A stretch of 63,062 bases of DNA, the filler included, from Chiloscyllium plagiosum (Eukaryota), in NCBI RefSeq assembly GCF_004010195.1. It is 4 parts of one record of this genome, joined end to end, with 100 filler letters (N's around TTAATTAATTAA, not from the genome) between each part and the next. Parts side by side here need not be neighbours in the genome. Positions count along the whole stretch, not along the records: positions 1 to 29,064 come from NC_057713.1; 3 more parts are not named here. One strand, given 5' to 3'. Position numbers and translations under genes: made by a program. The number at the start of each line of letters is the position of its first letter. Position 1 is the stretch's first letter. This document shows, in pieces, positions 11,388 to 23,944 of the stretch. The notes beneath the pieces are model-generated. The model saw only the letters and a list, made by a program, of their open reading frames with translations, did no database searches and was not told the DNA's origin.

Positions 11388-12697
11388 CTCACAAAGCCAT
11401 GCTGACTTCCTTTAATCACGCTATGCTTTTCCAAATAGTTATAAATCCTATCCCTCAGTATTCTTTCCAAAACCTTGCTGACCACAGACGCATGACTGAC
11501 TGGTCTGGAATTACCAGGGATTTCCCTATTCCCCTTCTTGAAAAGAGGAACATTTGCCTCCCTCCAATCATCCAATATGACTCCCGTGGAGAGTGAGGAA
11601 GCAAAGATCTTTGCCAGCAGCTTAGCAACCTCCTTTCTTGCTTATCAATCTTAAACTTTGTTGAAGTTTTCAGAACATCAATTTCATCAATCTTGATCTG
11701 TTCAAGCCTATTTCCCAGCTCTTCAAAGTTCTCATTCACAATAAGGTCCCTTTCCTGAGTGAAAACCCTAAGCAAAAAAGTCATTTAGGTTTCCCCTATC
11801 TGCTCAGACTCTACACACAAGTTCCCTATGCTATCCCTGACCAGCCCTTCCTTCTCCCTGATCATTCTCTTATTCTTCACGTATGAGTAAAATGCCTTTG
11901 AGTTCTCCTTTCTAGTAAGCCTGTAATCCTCTAAAGCTGTGCTAGACCCTTGCTTCCTCCACCTTACGTAAGCTGCGTTCTTCCTTTGACAAGAAGTTCC
12001 TCTGTTCTCATCATCTAAGGTTCCTTATTCATACCCCTTCTTGCCTGTCTCAGAAGAACAAATTTGTGCATCACTCACAACAACTGCTCCTCAAACAGTC
12101 TTTACATGTCTGTTGTGGCCTTTCTGTGGAATAATTGTTCCCAATCTGTACTTCCCAACTCCTGTCTGATAGCGTCATAATTTCCTTTTCCCCAATTAAA
12201 TATCTTCCCTTGGTAACTGCTCCTTTCCCTCTCCAAGGCTATGGTAAATGTGAGGCAGTTGTCACTGTAACCAATGTGTTCTCCCACCAAGAGATATGAC
12301 TCATTGCTGAGCACCAAATTCAAAATGGTCTCTCCCCTTGTTGACCTGTCTATATTCTCCTGAACACACCTGACAAAAACAGCTCCATTCAAACCATTTG
12401 CACTAAGGAGGTTCCAGTCAGTATTGGGAAAGTTGAAGTCACCCATAACAACAGCCCTGCTACATCTGCATTTTTCCAAAATCTGCCAGCCTATGAGTTC
12501 TTCAATCTCCCTACTGCTATTAGGGGGTCTGTAGAAAACCCCCAATGAGGTGGCTGCTCCCTTGCTGTTCCTAACTTCCACCCATACTGACTCAGTATAA
12601 AACCTTCCTTGACAATCTTCGTTTCTGTAGCTGTGATGCACTCTCTGATTAGCAGTGCTACATTTATTTAATGCAAGGGGCCTAACAGGGAAGGCAG

Positions 12698-12850
12698 AGT
12701 GTATTGCTGGAAAAGGGATGTTTCGGGCCGGACCCCTTCATCATGAAGGTCTCCAGCCTGAAACATCAATTTTCCTGCTCCTCGAATGCTGCCTGACCTG
12801 CTTCGCTTTTCCAGCAACACACTCTCAATTCTGATTTCCAAGATCTGCAG
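12698..12850. repeat. Fold-back PLE terminal-repeat derivative
   Basis: Arms ttgctggaaaag and cttttccagcaa; two inverted, eroded hammerhead cores meet at ttcatcatgaa. Confidence 0.7.
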
Positions 12851-14257
12851 ACCTCAGGGCCTGGTTAAGGACATGGGAGTGGGATATCAGCAATTATAGA
12901 AACATGGCTCAGGGATGGATGGGACTGGCAGCTTAATGTTCCAGGATACAAATGCTACAGGAAGGACAGGAGGGGAGGCAAGAGAGGAGGGGGAGTGGCG
13001 TTTTTGATAAGGGATAGCATTACAGCTATACTGAACTTTAGATAAATGCAAGGTGCTGCTTTTTGGAAAAGCAAATCAGAGTAGGACTTATACAATTAAA
13101 GACAAGGCCATGGGGAGTATTGCTAAATAAAGAGACCTTGGAGTGCAGTTTCATAGTTCCTTGAAAATAGAATCACAGATGGATAGAATAGTGTTTGGTA
13201 TGTTTTCCTTTATTGGTCAGAGCATTGAGTAGAGGAGTTGGGAGGTCATGTTGCGACTATACCAGACAATTGTTAGGCCACTTTTGGAATATTGTGTGCA
13301 ATTCTGGTCTTCCTATCAGAAGGATGCTATGAAACATGAAAGGGTTCAGAAAAGATTTACAAGGATGTTGCCAGGGTTGGAGGATTTGAGCTACAGGGAG
13401 AGGCTGAATAGGCTGTGGTTGTTTTACCTGGAGTGTCGGAGGCTGAGGGGTGACCTTATAGGGGTTTATAAAATCATGAGGGGCATTGATAGGGTAAGTA
13501 GACAAGGTATTTTCTCTAGGGTTGGGAGAATCCAGAACTAGAGGGTATAGGTTTAGGATGAGAGGGGAAAGATGTAAAAGGGACCTAAGGGATAACCTTT
13601 TCTTGCAGAGGATGGTGCGTATATGGAATTAGCTGCCAGAGGAAGTGATGGAGGCTGGTACAATTACAGCATTTAAAAGGCATCTGGATGGGTATATGAA
13701 CAGAAAGAGTTTAGAGGAATATGGGTTGGGTGTTGGCAAATGGGACTAGATTAGGTTAGGATGTCTGGTTGCCATGGATGAGTTTGATCAAAGGGTCTGT
13801 TTCCATGTTGTGCATCTCTATGACTCTATAAGTGTTCCTCTGTGAGTAAGCCTGGGCCTCTGTGGATGGACCAGGCCTCTGTAGAAACTGAACACCTGTG
13901 TGTGTGCTGTGAGGTGAGCATTTGCTGCCCATTGCAGTGAACTGAGCCCCTGTGAGTTAATAGCACCTTTACAATGAACTGCGGCTAAACCAGTGGATCA
14001 GGATCTCCTCACATCAGGGGCTGACTCTGAGCTGGCTGACTTAATGTGCATAAGTGAATAAAGGATGACTTAGTGCCAGGATACCGGCCTCTGTACAGTT
14101 ATTTCAAAAAGGAATAACAGTGTGTGCTGTGGGGTATGCATTTGCTGCCTTTGGAAGTAGACTCTGCCTCCAGGTGTGGACTTCGTTTCTGGTAGTGGGC
14201 AGGCTGAGGGCCAGGAGGCATGTGGGCTGTCCTGTGCGCCATTGTCCGAGGGAGTTA

Positions 14258-14542
14258 GAATCTCTACAGTGTGGAAACAGGCCCTTCAGTCCAAAAAGTC
14301 CAAACTGACCCTCCGAAGAGTATCCCACCCAGACCCATTCCCCTACGTTTACCCCTGATTCATGCACCAAATCGATACATCCCTGAACACTATGGGCAAT
14401 TTAGCACGTCCAATTCACCTCACCTGCACATGTTTGGATTGTGGGAGGAAATTGGAGCACCTACACAAACAAGAGGAGGAAGTGCAAACTCCACAGACAG
14501 TCGCCCGAGGCTGGAATCTAACCCAGTTCTCTGGTGCTGAGA
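14258..14542 (-). mobile_element. HE1 SINE
   Basis: Reverse-complement HE1 core and tail. Confidence 0.85.
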
Positions 14543-15489
14543 GGCCCATAATAGTTATAGGGATGGGCTGTCCTCGGGGGGCAGTCCACAGGCTGGAAGG
14601 TGCTTTGGAGTTGGCTAGAGCCAGACAGTGGTTCGGGGCGGGCCGAGAACCAGAAGGCAGATAGGCTGTCCCGAAGTACTGTCATCCTGGGAAGGTACCG
14701 AGGCAGGCTGTCCTAGAGGCGGCTGGAAAGCCCAGAAAGACGGATGTGGGAAGCAGGAAGGTGGTCCTGATTGCCATCGTCCCTTGCGGGGGTTGGGGAA
14801 AAAGGACGGGCTGTCCTTGATGTGGCTGGAAGGTGTGTCAGGGCAGATCAAGAACCGGAAGGGATGTAGGGACTGGCTGTTTTGTGGCCAAAAGGTAGGA
14901 GGAGTGTGTTATTTGCTGGGTTGCCAGTGTACTGTTTTATTCTGATTCCCTGGTTCTCTTTTATTTTATCAAACAGTAGAAAATGCAAACATACAGTTAA
15001 CAATGAACAATAAGCAGCAGTTTACAAGAAACAGCAACTTACAGGGGGAAAGGAGCAACAAGGCCAAACCTTAAACCCCACTATACAACCAATTTACAGG
15101 GAAATGAGAATGAACCTCAAATCCCACCTTATCTTACCAAAAGGAAACAGGAAACAGTTTATCAGACTGTCTTGTATGTGATAGCGTTTCCTGTGAACTG
15201 GTTGTACAGTGGGGTTTAGAGTTTAGCCTTGCTGCCCCTTTCCACTGTAAATTGCTGTTTCTTGTAAACTGCTGCTTATTGTTCATTGTTAACTGTTTGT
15301 TTATATTTTGTACCATTTGATAAAATATAAAAAAACCAGGGGATTAGAATCTCCTCACATCAGGGGACTGACTCTGAACTGGCTGGCCACAGCCAGTGTA
15401 CTGTGCACTACTAAGTATGACTTGGTAAAAACAGTATAACCAGAAGCTTAGAATCTCCTCAAGAAAATAAAGAAATCAATAATACTGAG

Positions 15490-16225
15490 TTTATTGTACT
15501 GGGTCAATGGAAAGATTCTTGGTAGTGTGGATGTGCAGAGGGATCTTAGAGTCCATGTACATAGATCCCTGAAAGTTGCCACCCAGGTTGATAATGCTGT
15601 TAAGAAGGCATACGGTGTGTTAAGTTACATTGGTAGAGGGATTGAGTTCCGGAACCACAATATCATGTTGCAACTATACAAACACTGGTGCGGCCGCACT
15701 TGGAATATTGTGTACAGTCGCACCATTACAGGAAGGATGTGGAAGCATTGGAAAAGGTGCAGAGGAGCTTTACCAGGATGTTACCTGGTCTGGAGGGAAG
15801 GTCTTATGAGGAAAGGTTGAGAGACTTGGACCTGTTCTCATTGGAAAGAAGAAGGTTAAGGGGGGATTTGATAGAGATATACAAGATGATCAGAGGATTA
15901 AGATAAGGTAGACAGTGAAAGTCTTTTTCCTAGGATGATGATATCAGCTTGTAGGAGAGGGCATAACTACAAATTGAGGAGAGATAGATTTAAGACAGAT
16001 GTCAGAGGCAGGTTCTTTACGCAGAGATTGGGAAGGGTATGGAATGCCCTACCTGCTAATGTAGTCAACTCAGCCACATTAGGGAGATTTAAACAATCCT
16101 TAGATAAGCACATGCATGATTTTGGGATAGTGTAGGGGGATAAGCTGAGAATAGGTCACAGGTCAGCGCAACATCGAGGGCTGAAGGGCCTGTTCTGCGT
16201 TGTATTGTTCTATGTTCTATGTTCT
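15490..16225 (+). mobile_element. 5'-truncated CR1 LINE
   Basis: RDLRVHVHRSLKV, FTRMLPGL, WNALP and (TTCTATG)n tail. Confidence 0.92.
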
Positions 16226-16379
16226 AAACCAGTGGATCAGAATCTCCTCACGTCAGGGGCTGACTCTGAGCTGGCTGACTTATTGTGCATATGTGAATAA
16301 AGGATGACTTATTGCCAGGATACCGGCCTCTGTACAGTTATTTCAAAAAGAAACTTATCATTGTAAAAGTTTTTGTTTC

Positions 16380-16652
16380 TAGTGTTGACCACATTGTTGT
16401 AGATTTGGAGTCATATGTAGGCAAACTGAGCAAGGATAGCAGATTTCCTTCCCTAAAAGATACCAGCTGGGTTTTTGGAATAATCAATAGTAGTTGTCAT
16501 AGTCATTTATATGGAAACCAACTTTATAATTCAGATTTATTGAATGATTTGTAAATTCCATCAGCTCCTTTTGTGAGACTTAAACCCATAGCCCCGGAAC
16601 ATCACCAGTACAATATGAGGGCAGTGACATTACCACTATGTCACAATCTCCC
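16380..16652 (-). mobile_element. SINE family 2
   Basis: Reverse complement of the 2985-3310 type. Confidence 0.6.
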
Positions 16653-16659
16653 CTGATTC

Positions 16660-17880
16660 ATAGTTATAGAGTCCTACAGCACGGAGTCAGGCCCCTTAGC
16701 CCAAGCTGGTTCATGCCAACCAAAATGCTAACCCCATTTTCCTGCACATGGCCCATAGCCTTCTAATCATTGGTATTTGTCCAAATGCCTTTTTAATTCT
16801 TGTTAATGTACCCACCTCAACCACTTCCACTGGCAGCTCATTCAATATGCTTACCATCCTCTGTGCAAAAACATGTCCCTCAGGTTCCCTTCTATTATTT
16901 CCCCTCTAACCTTAAACTGATGGCCTCTAGTTCTTGATTCCACAACCCTGGGAAAAAGACTGAATGCATTCACTCTATCCATGCCTCTCATGATCTTATA
17001 CACCTCTATAAGGTCCCCCCTCCTGGTTCTAAAGAAAAAAGTCCTAGCTTGTCTGACCCCTCCCTATAATTAATTCAATTAGATTTATTGAGGACTTGGA
17101 GAATGGATCCATGGCCACAGAATGCAACGATGCATAGCCATCATTGTAGGCAGTGCAACTGGAACCAAAGCATTAAAAAGAGATATTGAAGTATTAAGTG
17201 CAAAACTGTGATTAATAGATCTCAGTGTAGCAAATGTGAGGTCATTGACTTTGGACCTCAAAAGGGTGAAAAACTAGAAAAGGTGGAGCAACAGAAAGAC
17301 TTTATTGGACCAGGTAGATAAATCATTGCAATGTTAAAAGCAGGTGCAGAAATTAAGCAAAAAGACTACTGGAATGCTGGCCCTTATATCTAGAGTAATC
17401 GAATAAATGGGGATACAAATCACACTTCAGTTAGACAAATCCTGATTAATGTACACTTGTGGATAGTTCTAGGAACCACACCTTCCAATGGATCTATTGG
17501 TCTTCAAGGAGGTTAAGTGAAACCAGAATTTAATCTGACCTGTGAGGGCTAAATTACAAGGAGTGATTACTCAAGAGAGGGGTTTTCTGTTTAAAATGGA
17601 GGGTTAATGGCTGATTTTGTTGAAGTTTGATATTAAGGGGAACGAATAGTTCCTATCTATCAAAGTTATTTTTGTTGGCCGGGGAAACAAGGACTTAGGA
17701 AAGAATTGAATAGTCTCATATTAATTTTTGGAGAAAAATTAAAAACATTGGTGAATTCAAATGATGGCGAAGTTTGCAGTTCTCTTCCACATACAGTAAA
17801 TGATGCTAGTTCATTTGTTAGCTTTAAACCTGACTTTGATTAGATTTTTGTTAACTAATGATATTAAGGAACATAGGAAA
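16660..17880. mobile_element. Two old CR1 fragments (16660-17070 minus; about 17140-17880 plus)
   Basis: Eroded CR1 3' tail and RT C-terminal similarity. Confidence 0.65.
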
Positions 17881-18829
17881 TGTTCTTCGTTATGTTCTGT
17901 TGTAAAATATTTCGAATAATCATCTTCATCTGTTCAGTTCACAATATTACTGTAAGGAGTTTCTACATGGTAGTCAACCAGAATACAGGTCACACTATCT
18001 GTTGCACAATGCATCTTGAAATGTTTCTTCTTTAGATAAAGAACTGTGTGGAACAATTATGACAATGGTAAGTAAATTTACACATAACAGCTTGTGAGAT
18101 GTAGAAAAGTGAAGGTAGGATAGTGGGGGCATCTCTCGTCCTATTTGAAGTTCATTAAGTTTGATCTGCACTTATGATTACTTAGAATGAAAATTAGTTA
18201 ATGTTCCATAATACAAACTATAAAATGTGAAAAGGCCATTTCATCCATCAACCTTGCTCTTTCTATAAACTTTACGTTCAAATGCTTTATCATGTATTTT
18301 ACCAACTTTTAAATCTCATGAGAGACTAATACTTTCATTCCCCAGCTACTTCAATCTACATTAACTAGTCCTAAAAGAACTTGATCATCCCCTCAGTATC
18401 TTAACCCCTTCTCTTCCATTAAACATTAATGCAGTTGTTTTTGAAAAAAGAAGTATTGATTTAGCTTTGCAACTGTTATGAACCTGTTTCACATGTCTTC
18501 TTTTCTGAGGAGGAGATTATTTATGAGAAGAGGATGTCGCTAGTCCAGTTTGAACTTGCTTTTTTTTTTCTTCCTGTTCTTTAGTTCTCAAATTAGAATC
18601 CAATGAATTTATCAATGGATACGTTTTAGATTTTGTGAATCATCATACATATTTCTGCTACCCTGATTCAGAACAATTGAACAATAGTTAAAAGCAAATT
18701 ACTGCGGATGCTGGAATCTGAAACCAAAAAAGAGAAAATGCTGGAAAATCTCAGAAAATCTGGCAGCATCTGTAAGGAGAGAAAAGAGCTGATGTTTCCA
18801 GTCTAACTGACCCTTTGTCAAAGCTGAAC

Positions 18830-19138
18830 AATGGTTAGCACTTCTCCCTCACAGCACCGGGGATCCAGGTTCAATTCCAGCTTTGAGTATCTGTATGGAG
18901 TTTGTACATTCTTCCTATGTCTGCATCGATTTTCGCTGAATGTTCCAGTTTCCTCCCACATTCCAAAGATGGGTTGGCAATGCTAAATTGTCCCAAAGTG
19001 TCCAAGGATGTGCAGTTTAGGTGGATTAGTCCTGGTAATTGCAGGGCTCTGGGAATAGGGTGGCTGTGAGTCGCTCTTCATAGGGTCAGTGCAGACTCGA
19101 TAGGTTGAATGACTTCTTTCTGCACTTTAGGGATTCTC
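18830..19138 (+). mobile_element. Old HE1 SINE, preceded by a half PLE fold-back element (about 18688-18825)
   Basis: ggttagcact...ggttcaattcc...tgtatggagtttgtacattc. Confidence 0.75.
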
Positions 19139-19629
19139 TGACTTCCTGGCCATTTGCAAATGAGAGGCTGAGCACAGAGTGGTTTCTTTGTCTGGGATAG
19201 AATTCTACCTGCAAAATGTTCTGAAGGTATTGTTACGAATATTCCATACAGGTTGCTTGGAGCTGATCAGAGAATCAGTAGTTAGAAGCTTTGATTGTAA
19301 GGGAGAGTCAAAATAAAGTAATGTATTTTGATTAAGGGGCAAGGTGAGTGGTCCCCACTGTGAACTAAAATATTGCTGAACAGAGAAACACATTAACCAA
19401 TGGATAGATTCACCTTTTTGAGACAAGGTCTAAGACATTCCCTTTCCCAAACGTACTTGTTTAGAAATCTATAAATCCAATCTTCCCCACCATCTACCAT
19501 TGTCTTACTCTCACTGGTTAATGTACACTGGTTAATGTTTAGAGTTCAACACACAATAAGATAACAACTATGTTAGGACCTGAACCATTTGCTCACTGTG
19601 CAAGCTTGATGCAGGACAACAGCTATAGG

Positions 19630-20250
19630 TGTAGCATCCAAACCCCCACATGACCAAAGGCCACCACTTTCCACCTCAACTTACCTTGGAAAAGAAAAGC
19701 ATTTTCTAAATATTGAGACAATGGATGAAGCAAATATTTCACATTGCAGTGATTAACTTGAGTGGTGCAGAATCTTGGATCTGCTATAGGTGTGACATTT
19801 GGAAAGCTCTGGAACACTACTCCCAGTGTACTTGAGTTCTTGCATGAGAATTCAATTGTAGGAGAAAATCATCATGAGGTCCTTCGTTATACTGGGCCAA
19901 AGAGTATGGTGACCATTCACCAGGGTGTTCTACCTAGCTGGGCAGGGCTCATTTTGCTCTTTGGTGACTTCAGAACCCAAACAGAAATACCCCATTCTAA
20001 TAATGAATTCTATGGAGAACTATCTCAGGGCAAACAACATCAAGGTTGTCACTATAAGTAATACAAGGACACCCTAAAAACAAAGTCTTCCAAATGTCTA
20101 CATTGCAAACAATGTGTTTTGAGTATACTTTACTGCTGACTTGGAGTCAAGTACTGAAATTTGATTTCACATCTTTTGGGGACCATTTATTCCAAACTTG
20201 CAGCATCTAATGTATCAAGAGGAAGTAGCAGCAGCACATGTTCTCCCAAA
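19630..20250 (+). mobile_element. Ancient RTE-clade LINE C-terminal fragment
   Basis: SWAGLI...FYGELSQGKQHQGCHYK*YKDTLK resembles the RTE motif RWAGHV...LYGEL..GKR..G....RYKDTLK. Confidence 0.7.
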
Positions 20251-20987
20251 TGCACATGCAACATGAACTGTCAGCTCAATGGACCTCTGTGCTGACATCA
20301 CATCGCATTCTGCAGTCATGAGAGGACCAAAAAAAAGAAACTAAGTGACTGTCAGCTTGGATGTATTTTGAATAACAAATAGGCTAATATTCTCTGTTTG
20401 CTATTTCTAAACAATCTGAAGATCTATTTCCAGCATGTTATTAATGTGTGGAACAATTACAGATATGTAAATGCATTCTCAAAATCATATATCCCTAACA
20501 GTTGCTAGAAACAACATGTGACTTGGTGGACAGCTCATATGAACAGACACGAGGCATTCTGTCAATCTCCCACTGCCGTGACAGTAAGTGGTTATGAAAA
20601 CTTCCTTCCCTTCAAAACAGGGAAACTGGCGGCAACTGATTCTGATAGGTTTGGACATTGCTCTCTCGATAGATGCTGCTAGGCTTGCTGAATTTTTCCA
20701 GTAATTTCTATTTTATTCAGATTTCAAGCATCAGCAGCATCTGACTCCTGTGTAAGGCCTAAAGTTGAACTTTTATGCTGAGCAATATTGTTTTTCTTTG
20801 CGAGACTGTTACTTTATCAAAGCTAATTATTATCCACTACTTTCTATAAGATGCATTCAGTCCAAAAAAAAGCATTCTGCCCACCACTCAATTAAGGAAC
20901 ATTGATTTTGGTTTCAGTTCAGGTACAGTGCAAAGTACCTTGGGCATATGCGCCAACATTGAATCAAACAGAGTACAGATCTGTGGG

Positions 20988-22290
20988 AATTTCCCTTCCC
21001 ACGTGGTTAAAGATGCCCTCCAATGCATCTCATCCACATCTCGCACCTCCGCCCTCAGACCCCACCCCTCCAACCGTAACAAGGACAGAAACCCCTGGTG
21101 CTCACCTTCCACCCTACCAACCTTCGCATAAACCAAATCATCCGCCAAAAATGCCATCCCGTATTCCCAATTCCTCTGCCTCCGCCGTATCTGCTCACAG
21201 GAGGACCAGTTCCACCACAGAACACACCAGATGGCCTCCTTCTTTAAAGACCACAATTTCCGGTCCCACGTAGCTAAAGATGCCCTCCAACGGATCTCGT
21301 CCATATCCCGCCGCTCCTCCTACAAACCCCAACCCTCCAACTGTAACAAGGACACAGCCCCACGGTGCTCACCTTCCACCGTACCAACCTTCGCATAAAC
21401 CACATCATCTGACAATGTTTCCGCCACCTCCAAACGGACCCCACCACCAGGGATATATTTCACCCTCCACTCATTTCCGCTTTCCGCAAAAACATTTCCT
21501 TCTGTGCCTACCTGGTCAGGTCCACGCCCCCCAACAACCCACCGTCCCTTCCTGGCACCCTCCCCTGCCACCGCAGGAATTGCAAAACTTGCGCCCACAC
21601 CTCGTCCCTCACCTCCATCCAAGGCCCCAAGTGAGCCTTACACATCCACCAAAGTTTTACCTGCACATCCACCAATGTCATTTGTTGCATCCGTTGCTCC
21701 CAATGTGGTCTCCACTACATTGGGGAGACTGGAAGGCTCCTTGCAGAGCGCTTTAGGGAACATCTCCTGGACACCCGCACCCGCCCTGTGGCCCAACATT
21801 TCAACTCCTCCGCACACTCTGGCAAGGACATGCAGCTTCTAGGCCTCCTCCACCGCTGCTCCCTCACCACCCTATGCCTGGAGGAAGAACGCCTCGGAAC
21901 ACGTTAACCCCATGGTATCAATGTGGATTTCGCCAGTTTCTCATTTCCCCTTCCCCCACCTCACCCCAGCTCCAACCTTCCAGCTCAGCATCGCCCTCAT
22001 GACCTGTCCTACCTGCCTATCTTCCTTTACCTATCCACTCCACCCTCCTCTCTGACCTATCACCTTCATCACCACTCCCATTTACCTATTTTACTCTATG
22101 CTACTTTCTCCCCACCCCCACCTTCTCTCTCCACCCTCCAGACACCCTTCTCTCTCCACCCATTTATCTCTCCATCCTTCATGCACTCTGCCTCTTTCCT
22201 GATGAAGAGCTTTTGCCCAAAACGTTGATTTTCCTGCTCCTTGGATGCTGCCTCAACTGCTGTGCTTTTCCAGCACCACTCTAATCCAGA
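20988..22290 (+). mobile_element. Penelope-like element (Neptune-type): RT C-terminus, GIY-YIG endonuclease and terminal repeat
   Basis: CHRRNCKTC...FTCTSTNVICCIRCSQCGLHYIGETGRLLAERFREHL; 5' segment 20988-21147 duplicates 21255-21412; eroded hammerhead at about 22195-22228. Confidence 0.88.
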
Positions 22291-22351
22291 GTACAGATCA
22301 TACTCATTCAGCACTTGCTTGCAAAACCAATAACAAACTACCTACTGTTAG

Positions 22352-22575
22352 ACAAAAGTAAGTATTGCTGATGCTGGAAACCTGAAATCAAAACAAAAAT
22401 GCTCAGCAGATCTGACAGCAACTGTGGAGAGAAAAACAGAGTTAATGTTTCAGGTCCATAATGACTGTGCTTTAGGACTGAACAGAAGAAGATTCATATC
22501 AGTGTTGAAATGTTAACTCTCTCTCTGCACAGATGTTGCCAGACCTGCTGAGGTTTTCCTGTATTTTCTGTTTTT
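22352..22575. repeat. Fold-back PLE terminal-repeat derivative (old)
   Basis: Arms ctcagcagatctgacagcaactgtggagag and ctctgcacagatgttgccagacctgctgag. Confidence 0.7.
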
Positions 22576-23504
22576 ACATCTACTGTTAGATGTGATTCCA
22601 CATTTGTAGAACAGCCCTGAGGGCAGTAATAGCCACATAAACAACCCATTTAAGTTAATCAGTAAGGCTCATAATGTGGTACGTTAGCAGAAGGGAAGGA
22701 GCTGGTCACAGGTCAGGACATTTTGCTGGGCAAGATCATCAAGAGTTATGGATCTCAAAGAGGGGATGAAGATTTTATTCCTGCATTTACTTTCTTATTT
22801 TCCTACTTAGTCATCTGTAACTTTGGTCTATTTTGTACAGCATCTGCCAAAAGCAGCAGTGTTTATATTTAAAAGAAGAAAATGCTGGAGAAATTCAGCA
22901 GGTTTGGTAGTATATGTAGGGAGATAAATAATTAACGTTTCATTTTTGGGTATGATTTCTTCTGAACTCCAGTGTTCCCAATTTCTCTCAGTTCCCAGGT
23001 GCAGGGATTTTTCACAGGAGGAAATACATCATCAACAGGAGGCAATGGAGAAGAAAAGTTTGTCACTGGACCTAAAACAGGATAGGTTTTCTGACATCTT
23101 GAATTTATGCAGTATATTAATTCTGAAATAGAGAACAGCTTCCATTTGTTACCTTCATGATACAGGCTCCAATTTTGATTTCCAAACTGTATGAACAAAA
23201 TATGATGTTAACCTCTCCTGTTCTCAACTGTGATGAAGTAACAGACAAACAAAAATATATATCGCTCAGCATAAAAGTTCAAATTTGGACTCTCAAAGGA
23301 CCCAATTATTGTGGATGCTGGAAATCTGGAAAAAAAAAAGGATTGCTGGAAAAAGTCAGCAGGTCTGGCAGCATCTGTGGAGAGGTTAATGTGAGAATCA
23401 GCTCTCATGAGTTTCTTTGTTTTGAGGGTTGAAGAGTTTTCATAATCAGTTACAGTCACATTGGGAAATTAACAGAATGCCTGGTGTATGTTAATATTAA
23501 GACA

Positions 23505-23778
23505 GGGTCGCACAGTGGTGAGCACTGCTGCCTCACAGCGCCACTGAACCTTGTTCAATTCCAATCTCAGGCGACTGTGTGGAATTTGCACATTCTCTCC
23601 GTGTCGTGCAATCCAAAGATGTGCAGGTCAGGTGAATTGGCCATGCTAAATTGCCCATAGAGTTAGGTGCATTAGTCAGGCGGAAATGTATGGGAGTGGG
23701 TCTGATTGGGTTACTCTTTGGAGGGTCAGTGTGGACTTGTTGGGCCAAATGGCCTGTTTCCACACTGTGGGGAATCTA
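23505..23778 (+). mobile_element. HE1 SINE (internal deletion)
   Basis: HE1 head, core and tail. Confidence 0.85.
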
Positions 23779-23944
23779 AAAAAAAAATTTGGTGTCCACA
23801 AAGTAGCAAAGTCCACAAAGGGAGATTGCTAATGACTGATTTTGAAAATGCATTCCACAAATTGATGACTTGTTGTTTAAAATAGGAAGTGGAGCATATT
23901 AGCATTTTTGTTATTCAAGTACATCCAAGATGACATCTAAACAT

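Larger units (their letters stand above)
9945..12660 (-). mobile_element. CR1 LINE ORF2 (endonuclease to 3' end), nested
   Basis: ORF 12102-12641 (GVFYRPP, MGDFNFP), ORF 10119-10961 (GVPQG, SKFANDTKV). Confidence 0.93.
8905..13830 (+). mobile_element. CR1 LINE with esterase-type ORF1, internally deleted and split by nested insertions
   Basis: ORF1 SGNH/GDSL-like motifs IILGDSLVRG, CCFPGPRIKDV and YIGTNDIG (9272-9756); endonuclease start FNARGL resumes at about 12665; RT 3' end at 13035-13830. Confidence 0.85.

Noticed and set aside
18036..18067. Plus-strand exon-like 32-mer (tttag|ATAAAG...ACAATG|gtaagt; DKELCGTIMTM)
   Set aside because: Good splice sites, but no recognisable protein, no partner exons, and antisense to RIMS2; compatible with chance.
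22932..23198. Minus-strand ORF with an acceptor-like site (...CQKTYPVLGPVTNFSSPLPPVDDVFPP...)
   Set aside because: No similarity to RIM2 or any protein I recognise; wrong phase to follow the microexon; ends in a repeat fragment.
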